A DNA stretch of 64,000 nt from Desulfobacterales bacterium (GTDB taxonomy: Bacteria > Desulfobacterota > Desulfobacteria > Desulfobacterales > 4572-123), in NCBI GenBank assembly GCA_963667755.2, contig CAXXLK010000001.1, forward strand, positions 1,501,862-1,565,861, in the 5' to 3' direction. Each line of letters begins with the position of its first letter. Position 1 is the stretch's first letter. The position numbers and the translations under genes were made by a program. The notes below the pieces were generated by a model. It saw only the letters and a program-made list of their open reading frames with translations, made no database searches and had not been told where the DNA came from. Shown here in pieces: positions 46,069 to 55,796 of the stretch.

Positions 46069-46800
46069 ATGGCCCAGAAGAAATATTATGCGGTAGCCGT
46101 AGGAGAAAAACCCGGTGTTTATACTGAATGGTTTGGCAGCAAGGGGGCTGAAATTCAGATCAAAGGGTTTCCGGGAGCCAGATATAAAGGGTTTCCCACC
46201 CGGGAAGAGGCCGAAGCTTTTATAGAGAAAAATTTCGGTAAAAAGCCGGTAAAGAGGTCCGGTGCTAAATTTTCCAGTGCTAAAACCGGACCGGCGGCTG
46301 AAAAAACAAAATCTGTCGCTGCCCGGAAAGCTGATTTTACCATCCACACCGATGGCGGTTGTCTCAATAACCCGGGTCCCGGCGGATACGGGGTTGTGAT
46401 CTCTAAAGGGAAAACGACCAGGGAATTTTCCGGCGGTTTTCAATTGACCACCAATAACCGGATGGAGTTGATGGCCTGTATCGTCGGCCTGAGTCAGCTG
46501 AAAAAGCCTTACGCCGTGACGATTTACAGTGATTCAAAATATGTGGTCAACGGGATCACCAAAGGCTGGGCCGCTAAATGGAAACTCAACGGTTGGGTTA
46601 AGAGCGATAAAAAACCGGCCCTCAACCGGGATCTGTGGAACCAGTTGCTGGCTTTGTGCAGAAAGCACGATGTTGAATTTGTCTGGGTCAAGGGTCATGC
46701 CGGCAACGCCGGCAATGAGCGCTGCGATCAGCTGGCCACTGAAGCGATGGCAAATAAAGATTTGCCCGCGGATAAAGAGTACCTGAAAAGCCAGTACTGA
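46069..46800 (+). CDS. rnhA: Ribonuclease HI with N-terminal RNA/DNA hybrid-binding domain
   Basis: The N-terminal KKYYAVAVGEKPGVYTEWFGSKGAEIQIKGFPGARYKGFPTREEAEAFI is an HBD / caulimovirus-viroplasmin-like fold. The RNase H core includes HTDGGCLNNPGPGGYG, TNNRMEL, YSDSKYV and GHAGNAGNERCDQLA. Confidence 0.85.
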   Translation: MAQKKYYAVAVGEKPGVYTEWFGSKGAEIQIKGFPGARYKGFPTREEAEAFIEKNFGKKPVKRSGAKFSSAKTGPAAEKTKSVAARKADFTIHTDGGCLNNPGPGGYGVVISKGKTTREFSGGFQLTTNNRMELMACIVGLSQLKKPYAVTIYSDSKYVVNGITKGWAAKWKLNGWVKSDKKPALNRDLWNQLLALCRKHDVEFVWVKGHAGNAGNERCDQLATEAMANKDLPADKEYLKSQY

Positions 46801-46850
46801 TTCAAGGCCAGGTGAATTTTATTGTTTCTTCTTTGGCATTAATCGGAAAC

Positions 46851-47363
46851 CTATAAAATGGCCCGGATAAATGTTGTTTCCATTTTTTGCCGCAGGTGTT
46901 TGATCTGTTCAAGACCACCTGTCACCGTTTTCATTGCCGCTGGCGTTTTTCGAAGGTATCGGGTTTGTGCCGGGCACAGGTACCAGGTGCAGACAAAGGG
47001 GCGCTGGATGCGATCCAGCAGGCAGCCGTGGGCGCCTGCATAGCGGCAATGCGCTCCCCGCCGGCTGAGCAATTGTTGATCGGGAACGGGGATGTCCGCC
47101 AGATGGTAAAACAGCAGGTCCTTGAAATCCGCCCACACACAGGCGCGCCGGCAGCAATTGTCTGTGCAACCCGGGCACAGGGTTTGGCACAGACGATCCA
47201 TGATGGGAAAAAGGGCCGCGAGGTGCAGTTGAAGACCGTGGGCCAGGTGCCTGGATTCGCCCAGCGCAGGCCAATTTTTCTCAATCGTATGGTTCAAGCT
47301 GGCGTTGGCCGCCTGCCATACGTCCCGCCGGTTCCAGGGAATGGCGTCAATAGTGGGATTCAT
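46851..47363 (-). CDS. YkgJ-family (CxxCxxCC) cysteine-cluster protein
   Basis: 170 aa. CPGCTDNCCRR ... CRYAGAHGCLLDRIQRPFVCTWYLCP. Confidence 0.55.
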   Translation of the reverse strand: MNPTIDAIPWNRRDVWQAANASLNHTIEKNWPALGESRHLAHGLQLHLAALFPIMDRLCQTLCPGCTDNCCRRACVWADFKDLLFYHLADIPVPDQQLLSRRGAHCRYAGAHGCLLDRIQRPFVCTWYLCPAQTRYLRKTPAAMKTVTGGLEQIKHLRQKMETTFIRAIL

Positions 47364-47933
47364 GTTACGATTTTAGCCTTTTTGATGTCGTTTTTCAAAT
47401 TAACAAACCGGAATTTGAGGAGAAAGATATATCCTGATGGCTTTGCAGCGCATGTCGTTTTTATATTATTGTCTGTTTTAAAACGTAAGGGGTTGTAAAT
47501 AAATGAAAAAGAGATTACCGCAGAGGGCGCATACGGTCAGCAGAACGGCGTTGATAGCCGTAAACCCGTATCCCCCCAATATGTAACATGAGGCTGGCGG
47601 TACGGTGTCGATTTACCGTAGTGCCGAACTCTTTTTCAAGATAGCCCTGGTAAAGTGTTTCAATCTCACCCAGCTTGGCGGCGGCAAAAGCATGAAGTTT
47701 ACTCCCCTCCACCGTTAACTCAAGCTCGGTCTTGATGAGGAAGCAGCTGCAATAATTTTTTATTTATCCTGCCTATCGCAAAATATCTAATAATGGTTAT
47801 CATTAATGAATTATAAATATTTTTGACTACCGAATTGCTTTCGGATTGTATACGAAATACCTTTGCTGAACAGAAGAGATTTTAATGACCTAACAAAGAC
47901 CTCTTTTTTCAGTAAAAATTTTATACCGATATA

Positions 47934-48086
47934 TGTTTGATGAACTCGTAAAAAGTCGAGTTTAGACGGTCTTGTAAAAAGTTCAAATTCAAGGCGCGCA
48001 AATTTTGTAATCATGAGGCGTAACCATCGTACGTTGAATGATTGCGAAATGCAGCGTAAGGCAGGAGTTGGACTTTTTACGAGATT
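47934..48086 (-). repeat. MITE-like element copy 3 (47968-48086, inverted) with adjoining module 2 (47934-47966)
   Basis: GGTCTTGTAAAAAGTTCAAATTCAAGGCG...GGACTTTTTACGAGATT is the reverse complement of copy 1. TTTGATGAACTCGTAAAAAGTCGAGTTTAG is the reverse complement of 17142-17176. Confidence 0.85.
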
Positions 48087-48163
48087 GTCATGTTTAAATA
48101 TTAACATTTTCGGGAATTTTAACAAAATAGTTGGACAACACAGTCCCTTATACAAAAGTCTGT

Positions 48164-48222
48164 CCGTGTGGTCAGTGGTTTAATGTTTTCCTCGGGGATC
48201 TTTTTAACCACTGACCACACGG
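48164..48222. repeat. Perfect 17-bp inverted repeat (hairpin) between MITE copies 3 and 4
   Basis: CCGTGTGGTCAGTGGTT (48164-48180) and AACCACTGACCACACGG (48206-48222), with a 25-nt spacer. Confidence 0.85.
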
Positions 48223-48304
48223 AATACACGGAAAATGGATAATCCTTGTTCCCATGCGTCTGCATGATAATGCAGAGGTGATTATCTATAATGAATGAAT
48301 AAAA

Positions 48305-48420
48305 GTGTTCAAAAATTAAAATTCAAGGCGTTTAAATTTTGCAATCATGAGGCGTAGCCATCGTACGGTGAATGATTACGAAATGCAGCGCAACGCAGGA
48401 GTTGGAACCTTTACGAGACC
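48305..48420 (-). repeat. MITE-like element copy 4 (inverted; one terminal repeat degenerate)
   Basis: ...ATTCAAGGCGTTTAAATTTTGCAATCATGAGGCGTAGCCATCGTACGGTGAATGATTACGAAATGCAGCGCAACGCAGGAGTTGGAACCTTTACGAGACC. Confidence 0.8.
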
Positions 48421-48439
48421 GTCAAATTATTGGAAGATC

Positions 48440-51400
48440 ATGAAACGCAACCCAAGTGCCGTATCCCATATGCCTGAATCTGTGGACATTGAGTCCCCCC
48501 TTGTCCCTTTAAGTCCCTTGCCTGAGAGTTATGAAAGCCAGAGCAAAGAACTCGATCGGATAATTGTCAGGGGCGCAAAAGAACATAACCTTAAAAATAT
48601 TGATGTTGAAATCCCCAAGAAACGTCTGGTGGTGATTACCGGGGTTTCCGGGTCCGGAAAATCCAGCCTGGCCTTTGATACCATTTTTGCAGAGGGCCAG
48701 CGCCGGTATGTGGAATCTCTGTCATCTTATGCCAGGCAGTTTATCGGTCAGATGGAAAAACCCAGGTATGAAACCATCCGGGGGCTTTCCCCCACTATTG
48801 CCATTGAACAAAAGGCAGCTTCAAAAAACCCGAGATCCACTGTGGGCACCATTACTGAGATTTATGATTACCTGAGGGTGCTTTTTGCCCGGGTGGGAAC
48901 CCAATATTGTTATAAGTGCGGGAAAAAGGTGGGCCGGGGCCATGCCCAGTCAATGGTTTCCCAGATTCTGGATCTGCCGGAAGGATCAAAGATTTTGATC
49001 CTTGCCCCTATTGTGGAAAACCGGAAAGGGGAGCACCGGGAGCATCTGGAAGCGTTGAAAAAAGACGGTTATGCCCGGGTAAGAGTGGACGGTGTGGTGC
49101 AGGCCATTGAAAATATACAGAATTTGGCCAAAAATAAAAAGCATCACATTGAGGTGGTCATTGACCGTCTCGTGGTGAAACCGGATGAAAAATTCGAAAA
49201 GCGGCTCACCGATTCCGTTGAAACTGGCCTCAAGACAGGCAACGGTCAGCTCATCGTTCATATGCTCGGGCGTGAAGATCTCAAAATGAGTGAGGCAAGA
49301 TCCTGCTGTGGTATTGCTTATCCTGAACTCACCCCTCAAATTTTTTCATTCAACTCCCCCTTGGGCATGTGTCCGGATTGCAACGGTATCGGCACCCTTT
49401 TGGCCATGGATCCGGACAAGGTGGTTCCGGATAAAACCCTGAGCATCCGACAGGGCGCTATCGTGCCCTGGAAAAATTATTTTATCAAAAATCCCAAGTT
49501 CCAGAATGACAATTCATGGGGCAGGGGACAGTTGCTTGCCATGGAAGAACAATGGGGTATAGATTTTGACAAACCCTGGAAGGATCTGCCTAAAAAACAC
49601 CGGGATCTTATGCTGTACGGCTCCCGCACCAAGCAGATGACGGTCAACTGGCATTCCGCCAAAATTCAGGGGGAATTTACCCGCACCCACGAAGGACTGA
49701 TCCATTCCCTGATGCGCCGGTACAGGAATACCCAGTCCGAGCACCAGAAAAAGTATTATGCCAATTTCATGACCGCTTCTACCTGCCCTGCCTGTGAGGG
49801 CAAGCGCCTCAAAGATGAGATCCTCCATGTAGAGATCAATGAAAAATCCATCATTGACGTCACTGCAATGACGGTTAAAGAAGCGTATGAATTTGCGAAT
49901 GGCCTTAAATTCGAGGGAAACAAACACCTGATTGCCGACGAACTGCTCAAGGAGATTTCCAATCGATTGGGGTTTCTGGTCAATGTCGGTCTGGAGTATC
50001 TCTCCCTGGACCGGTCCGGCCCCACTTTGTCCGGTGGGGAATCCCAGCGGATCAGGCTGGCTTCACAGGTGGGTTCGGAACTCACCGGGGTTCTCTATAT
50101 TCTGGATGAGCCTTCCATCGGACTTCATCAGCGGGATAATATCAAACTTTTATCCACGCTTAAGCATCTGCGGGACATTGGCAATACCTTGCTTATTGTG
50201 GAGCATGATCAGGAAACCATGGAAGAGTCGGACTGGATCGTGGATATGGGCCCGGGAGCAGGACATCTGGGCGGAGAAATTGTGGCCCAGGGAACCCCGG
50301 AACAAATTCGGAACAACCCTGCCTCTGTCACCGGAAAGTTTCTGACCGGCAGAGAAAATATTGCATTGCCCTTGAAAAGGCGCACGCCAAAAGCCATGGG
50401 GAATAAGTGGATTACCATTAAGGGCGCAAACGAAAATAACCTGAAAAATCTAACCGCCAAAGTTCCTGTGGGTCTTTTGTCAGCCGTCACCGGGGTCTCA
50501 GGTGCCGGCAAGTCCACCCTGATCAACCAGATTCTTTACCCGGCCCTGGCTGTCAAACTCAACGGGTCGCAGATGAGTGTGGGAAAGCATAAAGAGATCA
50601 CCGGCCTTTCCCATATCGATAAGGTTATCAACATCGACCAGAAACCCATCGGCCGAACCCCCCGAAGCAACCCGGCTACCTATACCAAAGCGCTTGACCC
50701 TATCCGGGATTTATTTGCCCTGTTGCCTGAATCCCGGTCCAGGGGATACAACAAGGGGCGATATTCTTTTAATGTAAAGGGCGGACGGTGTGAAGCCTGT
50801 AACGGAGACGGGTATATCAAGGTGGAGATGCATTTTCTGGCGGATGTTTTTGTGCCCTGCGAGGTTTGTGCCGGAAAGCGTTTTAACAAGGCCACCCTGG
50901 AAATTCGCTACAAAGGCCACTCTATTGCAGATGTTCTGGATCTTTCCGTGATCCAGGCCAGAGAGTTGTTTAAAAATCATCCGAAAATCACCCATATCCT
51001 GAATACCCTCATTGATGTAGGCCTTTCCTATGTCAAGCTGGGCCAGGCTGCCACAACACTGTCAGGGGGTGAAGCGCAACGCATAAAGCTGGCCCGGGAA
51101 CTGGCAAAACGGGATACGGGCGATACGCTTTATATTCTGGACGAGCCCACCACCGGCCTGCATTTTCAGGATGTGCGCATGCTCATTGCCGTACTCCAGC
51201 GGCTCACTGATGCAGGAAATACGGTGGTCGTCATTGAGCACAACCTGGATGTCGTCAAAACGGCGGACTGGGTCATTGATATCGGACCTGAAGGGGGCAG
51301 CAACGGCGGAAAAGTGGTGGCAGCAGGCTCACCGGAAAATGTGGCCGGGTATGAACACAGCCATACGGGCCGGTATCTTAAAAAGATGCTTAATGTCCGA

Positions 51401-51463
51401 AGAAGGGAGTTGACGGGTATTTGTAATCTCTGCCTTTTGGAAAAAGGTGAAAAAGAAAAATAG
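48440..51463 (+). CDS. uvrA: Excinuclease ABC subunit A
   Basis: [55 protein letters not shown], two ABC modules and Zn-finger Cys motifs. ORF 48347.. begins inside MITE copy 4. ATG 48440 (MKRNPS...) lies 20 nt downstream of the repeat. Confidence 0.93.
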   Translation: MKRNPSAVSHMPESVDIESPLVPLSPLPESYESQSKELDRIIVRGAKEHNLKNIDVEIPKKRLVVITGVSGSGKSSLAFDTIFAEGQRRYVESLSSYARQFIGQMEKPRYETIRGLSPTIAIEQKAASKNPRSTVGTITEIYDYLRVLFARVGTQYCYKCGKKVGRGHAQSMVSQILDLPEGSKILILAPIVENRKGEHREHLEALKKDGYARVRVDGVVQAIENIQNLAKNKKHHIEVVIDRLVVKPDEKFEKRLTDSVETGLKTGNGQLIVHMLGREDLKMSEARSCCGIAYPELTPQIFSFNSPLGMCPDCNGIGTLLAMDPDKVVPDKTLSIRQGAIVPWKNYFIKNPKFQNDNSWGRGQLLAMEEQWGIDFDKPWKDLPKKHRDLMLYGSRTKQMTVNWHSAKIQGEFTRTHEGLIHSLMRRYRNTQSEHQKKYYANFMTASTCPACEGKRLKDEILHVEINEKSIIDVTAMTVKEAYEFANGLKFEGNKHLIADELLKEISNRLGFLVNVGLEYLSLDRSGPTLSGGESQRIRLASQVGSELTGVLYILDEPSIGLHQRDNIKLLSTLKHLRDIGNTLLIVEHDQETMEESDWIVDMGPGAGHLGGEIVAQGTPEQIRNNPASVTGKFLTGRENIALPLKRRTPKAMGNKWITIKGANENNLKNLTAKVPVGLLSAVTGVSGAGKSTLINQILYPALAVKLNGSQMSVGKHKEITGLSHIDKVINIDQKPIGRTPRSNPATYTKALDPIRDLFALLPESRSRGYNKGRYSFNVKGGRCEACNGDGYIKVEMHFLADVFVPCEVCAGKRFNKATLEIRYKGHSIADVLDLSVIQARELFKNHPKITHILNTLIDVGLSYVKLGQAATTLSGGEAQRIKLARELAKRDTGDTLYILDEPTTGLHFQDVRMLIAVLQRLTDAGNTVVVIEHNLDVVKTADWVIDIGPEGGSNGGKVVAAGSPENVAGYEHSHTGRYLKKMLNVRRRELTGICNLCLLEKGEKEK

Positions 51464-51522
51464 GTTCCTCGCTATTTTGTGTGGGTGCCCCGGGATGCTT
51501 TCATTACGAAACAGCGAGGAGC
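51464..51522 (+). repeat. Family-2 palindromic element, full copy, immediately after the uvrA stop (probable terminator)
   Basis: GTTCCTCGCTATTTTGTGTGGG (51464-51485) faces TCATTACGAAACAGCGAGGAGC (51501-51522), followed by CAGTTTTTTT. Confidence 0.8.
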
Positions 51523-51550
51523 CAGTTTTTTTAAAAAGGAATATTTTTGA

Positions 51551-52354
51551 ATGTCACATATCAATAATCCCATGGAAATTTTTAAGTTGTTAAATGGCTC
51601 TAACTGTAGAGAATGTGGTGAAAAAACCTGTCTGGCATTTGCAGTGGCCGTGTTTAAGGAAAAAAAACCGATACATGCGTGTCCTTATTTGGAAAAAGAA
51701 GTGATTGATCGGTATGGGGGGGCAATTGAGAAACCCAATACCGTTGATGAATATAAAGCAGAAGCCATTGAAGAACTAAAACAGAAGATATCTTTAATTG
51801 ATTTTTCCGAAGCAGCCAAACGCATGGGCGCTAAGGTTTTTAACAATAAACTGACCATAAAGATTTTTGGTAAAAAGTTCAGCGTTGATGCCAGGGGCAA
51901 CCTGTCATCTGAAGTTCATATCAATGCATATATGGTCGTGCCGGCACTGAACTATATTTTGAACGGATCGGGTAAATCTCCGCAGGGGAATTGGATCACC
52001 TTCCGGGAGTTGACCGGCGGGCCTTCCCGATATGCTCATTTTCAACAACGTTGTGAAAAACCGTTAAAGCGGCTTGCCGATACCTATACGGATTTCTTTA
52101 AAGATATGTTGGAAATTTTTGATGGAAAAGAAATCGTCAGTCAGATTGACTCAGATGTTTCAATTGTTTTGTATCCCCTGCCTCTTTTTCCGATAATGGT
52201 TTGCTACTGGAGACCGGAAGATGGCCTTGAATCCAGTCTGCATATCTATTTTGATGCTGCATCTGATGATAATCTTGACATTGAATCCAACTATACGCTT
52301 AATGAAGGCGTTGCTTTGATGTTTGAAAAGATCGCCTTGCGGCATGGTGCTTAA
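51551..52354 (+). CDS. DUF3786-like protein with N-terminal putative Fe-S cluster motif
   Basis: The N-terminal CRECGEKTCLAFAVAVFKEKKPIHAC resembles the PF04060-type CxxCGxxxC...C motif. The remainder has the size and composition of DUF3786 proteins. Confidence 0.55.
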   Translation: MSHINNPMEIFKLLNGSNCRECGEKTCLAFAVAVFKEKKPIHACPYLEKEVIDRYGGAIEKPNTVDEYKAEAIEELKQKISLIDFSEAAKRMGAKVFNNKLTIKIFGKKFSVDARGNLSSEVHINAYMVVPALNYILNGSGKSPQGNWITFRELTGGPSRYAHFQQRCEKPLKRLADTYTDFFKDMLEIFDGKEIVSQIDSDVSIVLYPLPLFPIMVCYWRPEDGLESSLHIYFDAASDDNLDIESNYTLNEGVALMFEKIALRHGA

Positions 52355-52469
52355 TAAAAACGTATAGGGCAAAAGGCGAGCGGTCTAAAAATCGAGATGG
52401 TTGCACTTGACAGGCCCTTAAAGGGTGTGTTACCAAAAGACCATTACGTACCAACCAAAGGGCATTCAA

Positions 52470-52556
52470 ATGAACACAGCACAAACAGCCGGTCGTCTAT
52501 TTTATTGTTTTTTTCGCTTCTTTTTTAGCTTTAGAAGCGTCCATCTGGTTGTTTAG
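52470..52556 (+). CDS. Candidate Phe-rich leader peptide of the aroF-pheA operon (28 aa)
   Basis: ATG 52470 (AAGGG about 8 nt upstream) to TAG 52554-52556 encodes MNTAQTAGRLFYCFFRFFFSFRSVHLVV. There are 7 Phe and 1 Tyr in 11 consecutive codons (52500-52532). A hairpin cascade and terminator follow. Confidence 0.65.
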   Translation: MNTAQTAGRLFYCFFRFFFSFRSVHLVV

Positions 52557-52580
52557 CGCGTTTTCTCGATCGTAAAATAC

Positions 52581-52609
52581 CCGGGTGGACCCAATCAAGA
52601 TCCACCCGG
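52581..52609 (+). promoter_or_regulatory. Attenuator hairpin (segments 2:3) of the pheA-type leader
   Basis: CCGGGTGGA (52581-52589) pairs perfectly with TCCACCCGG (52601-52609). Each arm has an alternative partner (52540-52548 and 52627-52635). Confidence 0.55.
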
Positions 52610-52623
52610 AACATGGTTATCAA

Positions 52624-52665
52624 GGCTCCGGGAGGAAAATTTTCCGGGGCCTTTTTTTATTTTCG
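52624..52665 (+). terminator. Attenuator terminator of the pheA-type leader
   Basis: GGCTCCGGG (52624-52632) pairs with TCCGGGGCC (52643-52651), including two G-U pairs, followed by TTTTTTTATTTT. Confidence 0.7.
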
Positions 52666-52818
52666 AAAGATGACGCTCTTGTAAAAAGTCAAAAAAATGT
52701 GCTTTTGTAATTTTCCACTTAATAATATCAGCCGGTTATAGAAACGAAAAACGGAAATTCCGACTTTTAGCGAGAGCATCAAAGATAGAGACACACCCAA
52801 TAACACAAGGATGGACAA

Positions 52819-53691
52819 ATGAAAAATCTCAAACTAGCTTCCCGGACCGCAAAAACACGCACGGTGGTCAAGGTTTCCCAGATAAGCGTCGGCAAGGATC
52901 TGGTGGTGATTGCCGGCCCCTGCAGTGTGGAAAGTGAGGCGCAGACCCTTGAAACCGCCCGTGCGGTCAAACGGGCAGGGGCCGACATGATTCGCGGCGG
53001 TGCCTTTAAACCGCGCACTTCCCCTTATGCCTTCCAGGGGCTGGGACTCGAGGGGCTCAAGATTCTGGAAAAGGCCAGTCGGGAAACGGGCCTGCCCATT
53101 GTAACGGAGGTGCTGGACCCCCGGGACGTTTCCTGGGTGGCCGAATTTGCCGATGTCCTGCAGATCGGTACGCGCAATATGCAGAATTATTCCCTGCTCC
53201 GGGAGGTGGGGCGGGCCGGCCGGCCGGTGCTGCTCAAACGCGGCATGTATTCCACCCTGGAAGAATGGCTCAACTGCGCCGAGTACATCCTCAGTGAGGG
53301 CAACCCGGACGTTATTCTGTGTGAACGCGGTATTCGCACCTTTGAAAAATACACACGCAACACCCTGGATCTGAGCGCCGTCCCGGCCCTTCGAGAACTG
53401 ACCCACCTGCCCATCATCGTCGACCCGACCCACAGCACCGGCCGGCTCAGCCTGATCGGGCCCATGAGTCTGGCCGCTGTGGCGGCCGGTGCGGACGGAC
53501 TGATTATCGAGGTCCACAACAATCCTGAAAAGGCCCTTTGTGATGCGGACCAGGCTTTGACCCCGGTGATGTTTGCAGATATCATGCGGCGCCTGCGGCC
53601 CCTGAAAACCTTTATGGACCAGAGTGCCGGGAAGCCGGATGATTCAGTGCACGGACATTCGGGACCTGAAAATACCCGAAACGTAGAATGA
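52819..53691 (+). CDS. aroF: DAHP synthase, class I-beta (AroF/KDO8PS-like type)
   Basis: [48 protein letters not shown] and [10 protein letters not shown] are class I-beta motifs. Confidence 0.88.
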   Translation: MKNLKLASRTAKTRTVVKVSQISVGKDLVVIAGPCSVESEAQTLETARAVKRAGADMIRGGAFKPRTSPYAFQGLGLEGLKILEKASRETGLPIVTEVLDPRDVSWVAEFADVLQIGTRNMQNYSLLREVGRAGRPVLLKRGMYSTLEEWLNCAEYILSEGNPDVILCERGIRTFEKYTRNTLDLSAVPALRELTHLPIIVDPTHSTGRLSLIGPMSLAAVAAGADGLIIEVHNNPEKALCDADQALTPVMFADIMRRLRPLKTFMDQSAGKPDDSVHGHSGPENTRNVE

Positions 53692-53760
53692 AAACGTGGG
53701 AGTCTTATCGTCAACGCTGGCGACGTTACTCAACCAACCCAACAACCCAAAGGTGAACAC

Positions 53761-54825
53761 ATGAATCTTTCTGAAATCAGAAAAAATATCGACAAAATAG
53801 ACCGTGAATTGCTGGTATTGCTTCAAGAGCGCATGGGAATGGCCCTTCGTTCAAAAAAATTCAAACAGGCTGTCAGCGATCCCGAGCGGGAGGAAAATAT
53901 GCTGGCGCGAATTGAGCGACTGAACCTGGATCTCATGGATCGTCCTTTTACCCGGCATTTGCTCAAAACCATCATTGCGGAAAGCAAACGGCTTCAGGAG
54001 GAAGATCGGCCTCTTGTGGCGTTTCAGGGCGAACACGGCGCCTACGGCGAAGTGGCTTCCCGCCAACTGGTCCCGGGGGGGGCCTACATCCCGTGTATGG
54101 AATTCAACGATGTTTTCCAGGGGGTTGAAAAAGGGCATTTCGATCTGGGGGTGGTGCCGGTGGAAAATTCTCTGGAAGGTGCCGTCACCCAGGTGAACGA
54201 TTTGTTGACCACAACTAACTTAAAGGTCATCGGGGAGACAAAAGTGGCCGTGATGCACTGCCTGCTGGCTACCGCTGATACGGATTACCGTGAAATACGG
54301 CAGGTCTACTCCCATCCCCAGGCCCTGGCCCAGTGCCGTGGTTTCTTGAATCGCAACAAGCTGGAGCCCCGACCCTATTATGACACCGCCGGCGCTGCTA
54401 AAATGCTGGCCCGTGAAAATCCAAGGGCCGCGGCGGCCATTGCCAGTTCGTTGAGTGCTGAACTGTATAACCTGGAAATTATCAAGAGTGGCATCGAAGA
54501 CGGCGTGTCCAATTCAACCCGGTTCCTGTTGCTTTCCCGAAAGCCTTGCGTGGACCGTGGCGAAAAAACATCCATTATTTTTATCACAGCCCACGAGGCC
54601 GGGCAATTGTACCGGGTGCTGCGTCTGTTTGCTGAAGCCGATATCAATTTGTCCCGCATCGCGTCCATGCCCCTGCGTACAGATCCGGGCAATTACAGTT
54701 TTTTCCTGGATTTTGAAGCCTCTGAACAGGAAGAACGGGCCGCAGCCGTGCTCCGGAAGATGGGGGAAATGACCATCTCCTTAAAATGTCTGGGCAGCTA
54801 CCCGGCGGACCGGGCACTGGTTTGA
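53761..54825 (+). CDS. pheA: Bifunctional chorismate mutase / prephenate dehydratase (P-protein)
   Basis: N-terminal CM_2 (LSEIRKNIDKIDRELLVLLQERM), PDT domain (VAFQGEHGAYGEVA...VPVENSLEGAV...YSHPQALAQC) and C-terminal ACT domain (TSIIFITAHEAGQLYRVL...NLSRIASMP). Confidence 0.9.
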   Translation: MNLSEIRKNIDKIDRELLVLLQERMGMALRSKKFKQAVSDPEREENMLARIERLNLDLMDRPFTRHLLKTIIAESKRLQEEDRPLVAFQGEHGAYGEVASRQLVPGGAYIPCMEFNDVFQGVEKGHFDLGVVPVENSLEGAVTQVNDLLTTTNLKVIGETKVAVMHCLLATADTDYREIRQVYSHPQALAQCRGFLNRNKLEPRPYYDTAGAAKMLARENPRAAAAIASSLSAELYNLEIIKSGIEDGVSNSTRFLLLSRKPCVDRGEKTSIIFITAHEAGQLYRVLRLFAEADINLSRIASMPLRTDPGNYSFFLDFEASEQEERAAAVLRKMGEMTISLKCLGSYPADRALV

Positions 54826-55494
54826 AAGAACAGAAGAATGGTAGATCGGTAGAGTAGTTGAATTAATCCTATCGTTGCAAAAGCCGGATGGCTTCAGAGC
54901 CGAGACATCAAGGGTGAAGCTGTCGTCATCTACCGCAATCCCTTGATAACAAAGGATCAGGCGTCATCCGGCTTTCCCAGTGGGTAAAAAATGGTGCCCT
55001 TTTGTATTTTTTCTGGATATCACTATGAGTGAATTCCTTGAAAATTGCATCATTCTCGTTGAACGCTTTCTCTTGGCGGACTTAGATCAATAGCGCATAT
55101 TTTTTATGCAACTATGAGGGTAATAACCGTCCACGCCGGGATGGCTGCTGAGGATATCATAGCTTTAGTTTTAAGGGTTGGACTGCCGGTACCTGATCCA
55201 TGGCGGCTGGGTACGGAGGGACATGGAACATGAAGTGCCTGACAACCCACGCTTGACACCGGATAGCCCGCGGTATAGTTTTATCCTGTCGGTAAATGCA
55301 CAAATGGCGAATTTATGCGTTTGATCTAAAAGCAGATCACCTGTTTCGAAAATTGAAAATGAACGGGAATGGTGCCAGTGATGCAAAGATGCCGTTTGTC
55401 GATGGCCCCCCATGGAAGAAGAAACGCGCATGAAAATTCAAAATCCCTATTTTTTTTCAAAAAGCGCTTGTCCAAAACAGGCCACTTTATACAG

Positions 55495-55794
55495 ATGATC
55501 GTTCTTGCCGGTATCCTGCTATTGGCCGCGACTGCAGGCGCCTTTGATCTGCGGATTGATGGGGGCCGGTTTTCCCTTCGGGCCGAGAAAGTGCCCCTGC
55601 ACGACATATTGCAAAAAGTCGCCGGCTACGGCATCAGTGTTGAAATCGATCCCCAGCTCAATCCGACCCTATCGGCCGCATTTGAAAACCGGAATCTGGA
55701 AGAGGGGTTGAAATCAATCCTGAAGCCGTTAAATCATGTGTTCTTCTGGAAGTTGGCCAACGAGGGCACCGGCAGCACATTTGAAAAAAACTGA
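55495..55794 (+). CDS. Small secreted protein with STN/secretin-N-like domain. It may continue by a -1 frameshift into the next ORF.
   Basis: Signal peptide MIVLAGILLLAATAGA. RFSLRAEKVPLHDILQKVAGYGISVEIDPQL...ENRNLEEGLKSIL resembles STN-type domains. The ORF ends with A AAA AAC TGA. Confidence 0.5.
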   Translation: MIVLAGILLLAATAGAFDLRIDGGRFSLRAEKVPLHDILQKVAGYGISVEIDPQLNPTLSAAFENRNLEEGLKSILKPLNHVFFWKLANEGTGSTFEKN

Positions 55795-55796
55795 TC

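Noticed and set aside
47515-47712. 65-aa minus-strand ORF
   Set aside because: No Shine-Dalgarno, no recognisable motif, and it lies in a repeat-rich non-coding region. Coding status cannot be supported.
48347-48439. N-terminal 31-codon extension of uvrA (MRRSHRTVNDYEMQRNAGVGTFTRPSNYWKI)
   Set aside because: The extension is encoded by MITE copy 4. The same pseudo-peptide is encoded by other copies of the repeat. UvrA homology begins after ATG 48440.
52834-53517. 227-aa minus-strand ORF (and 53187..53714)
   Set aside because: Antisense to the class I-beta DAHP synthase gene.
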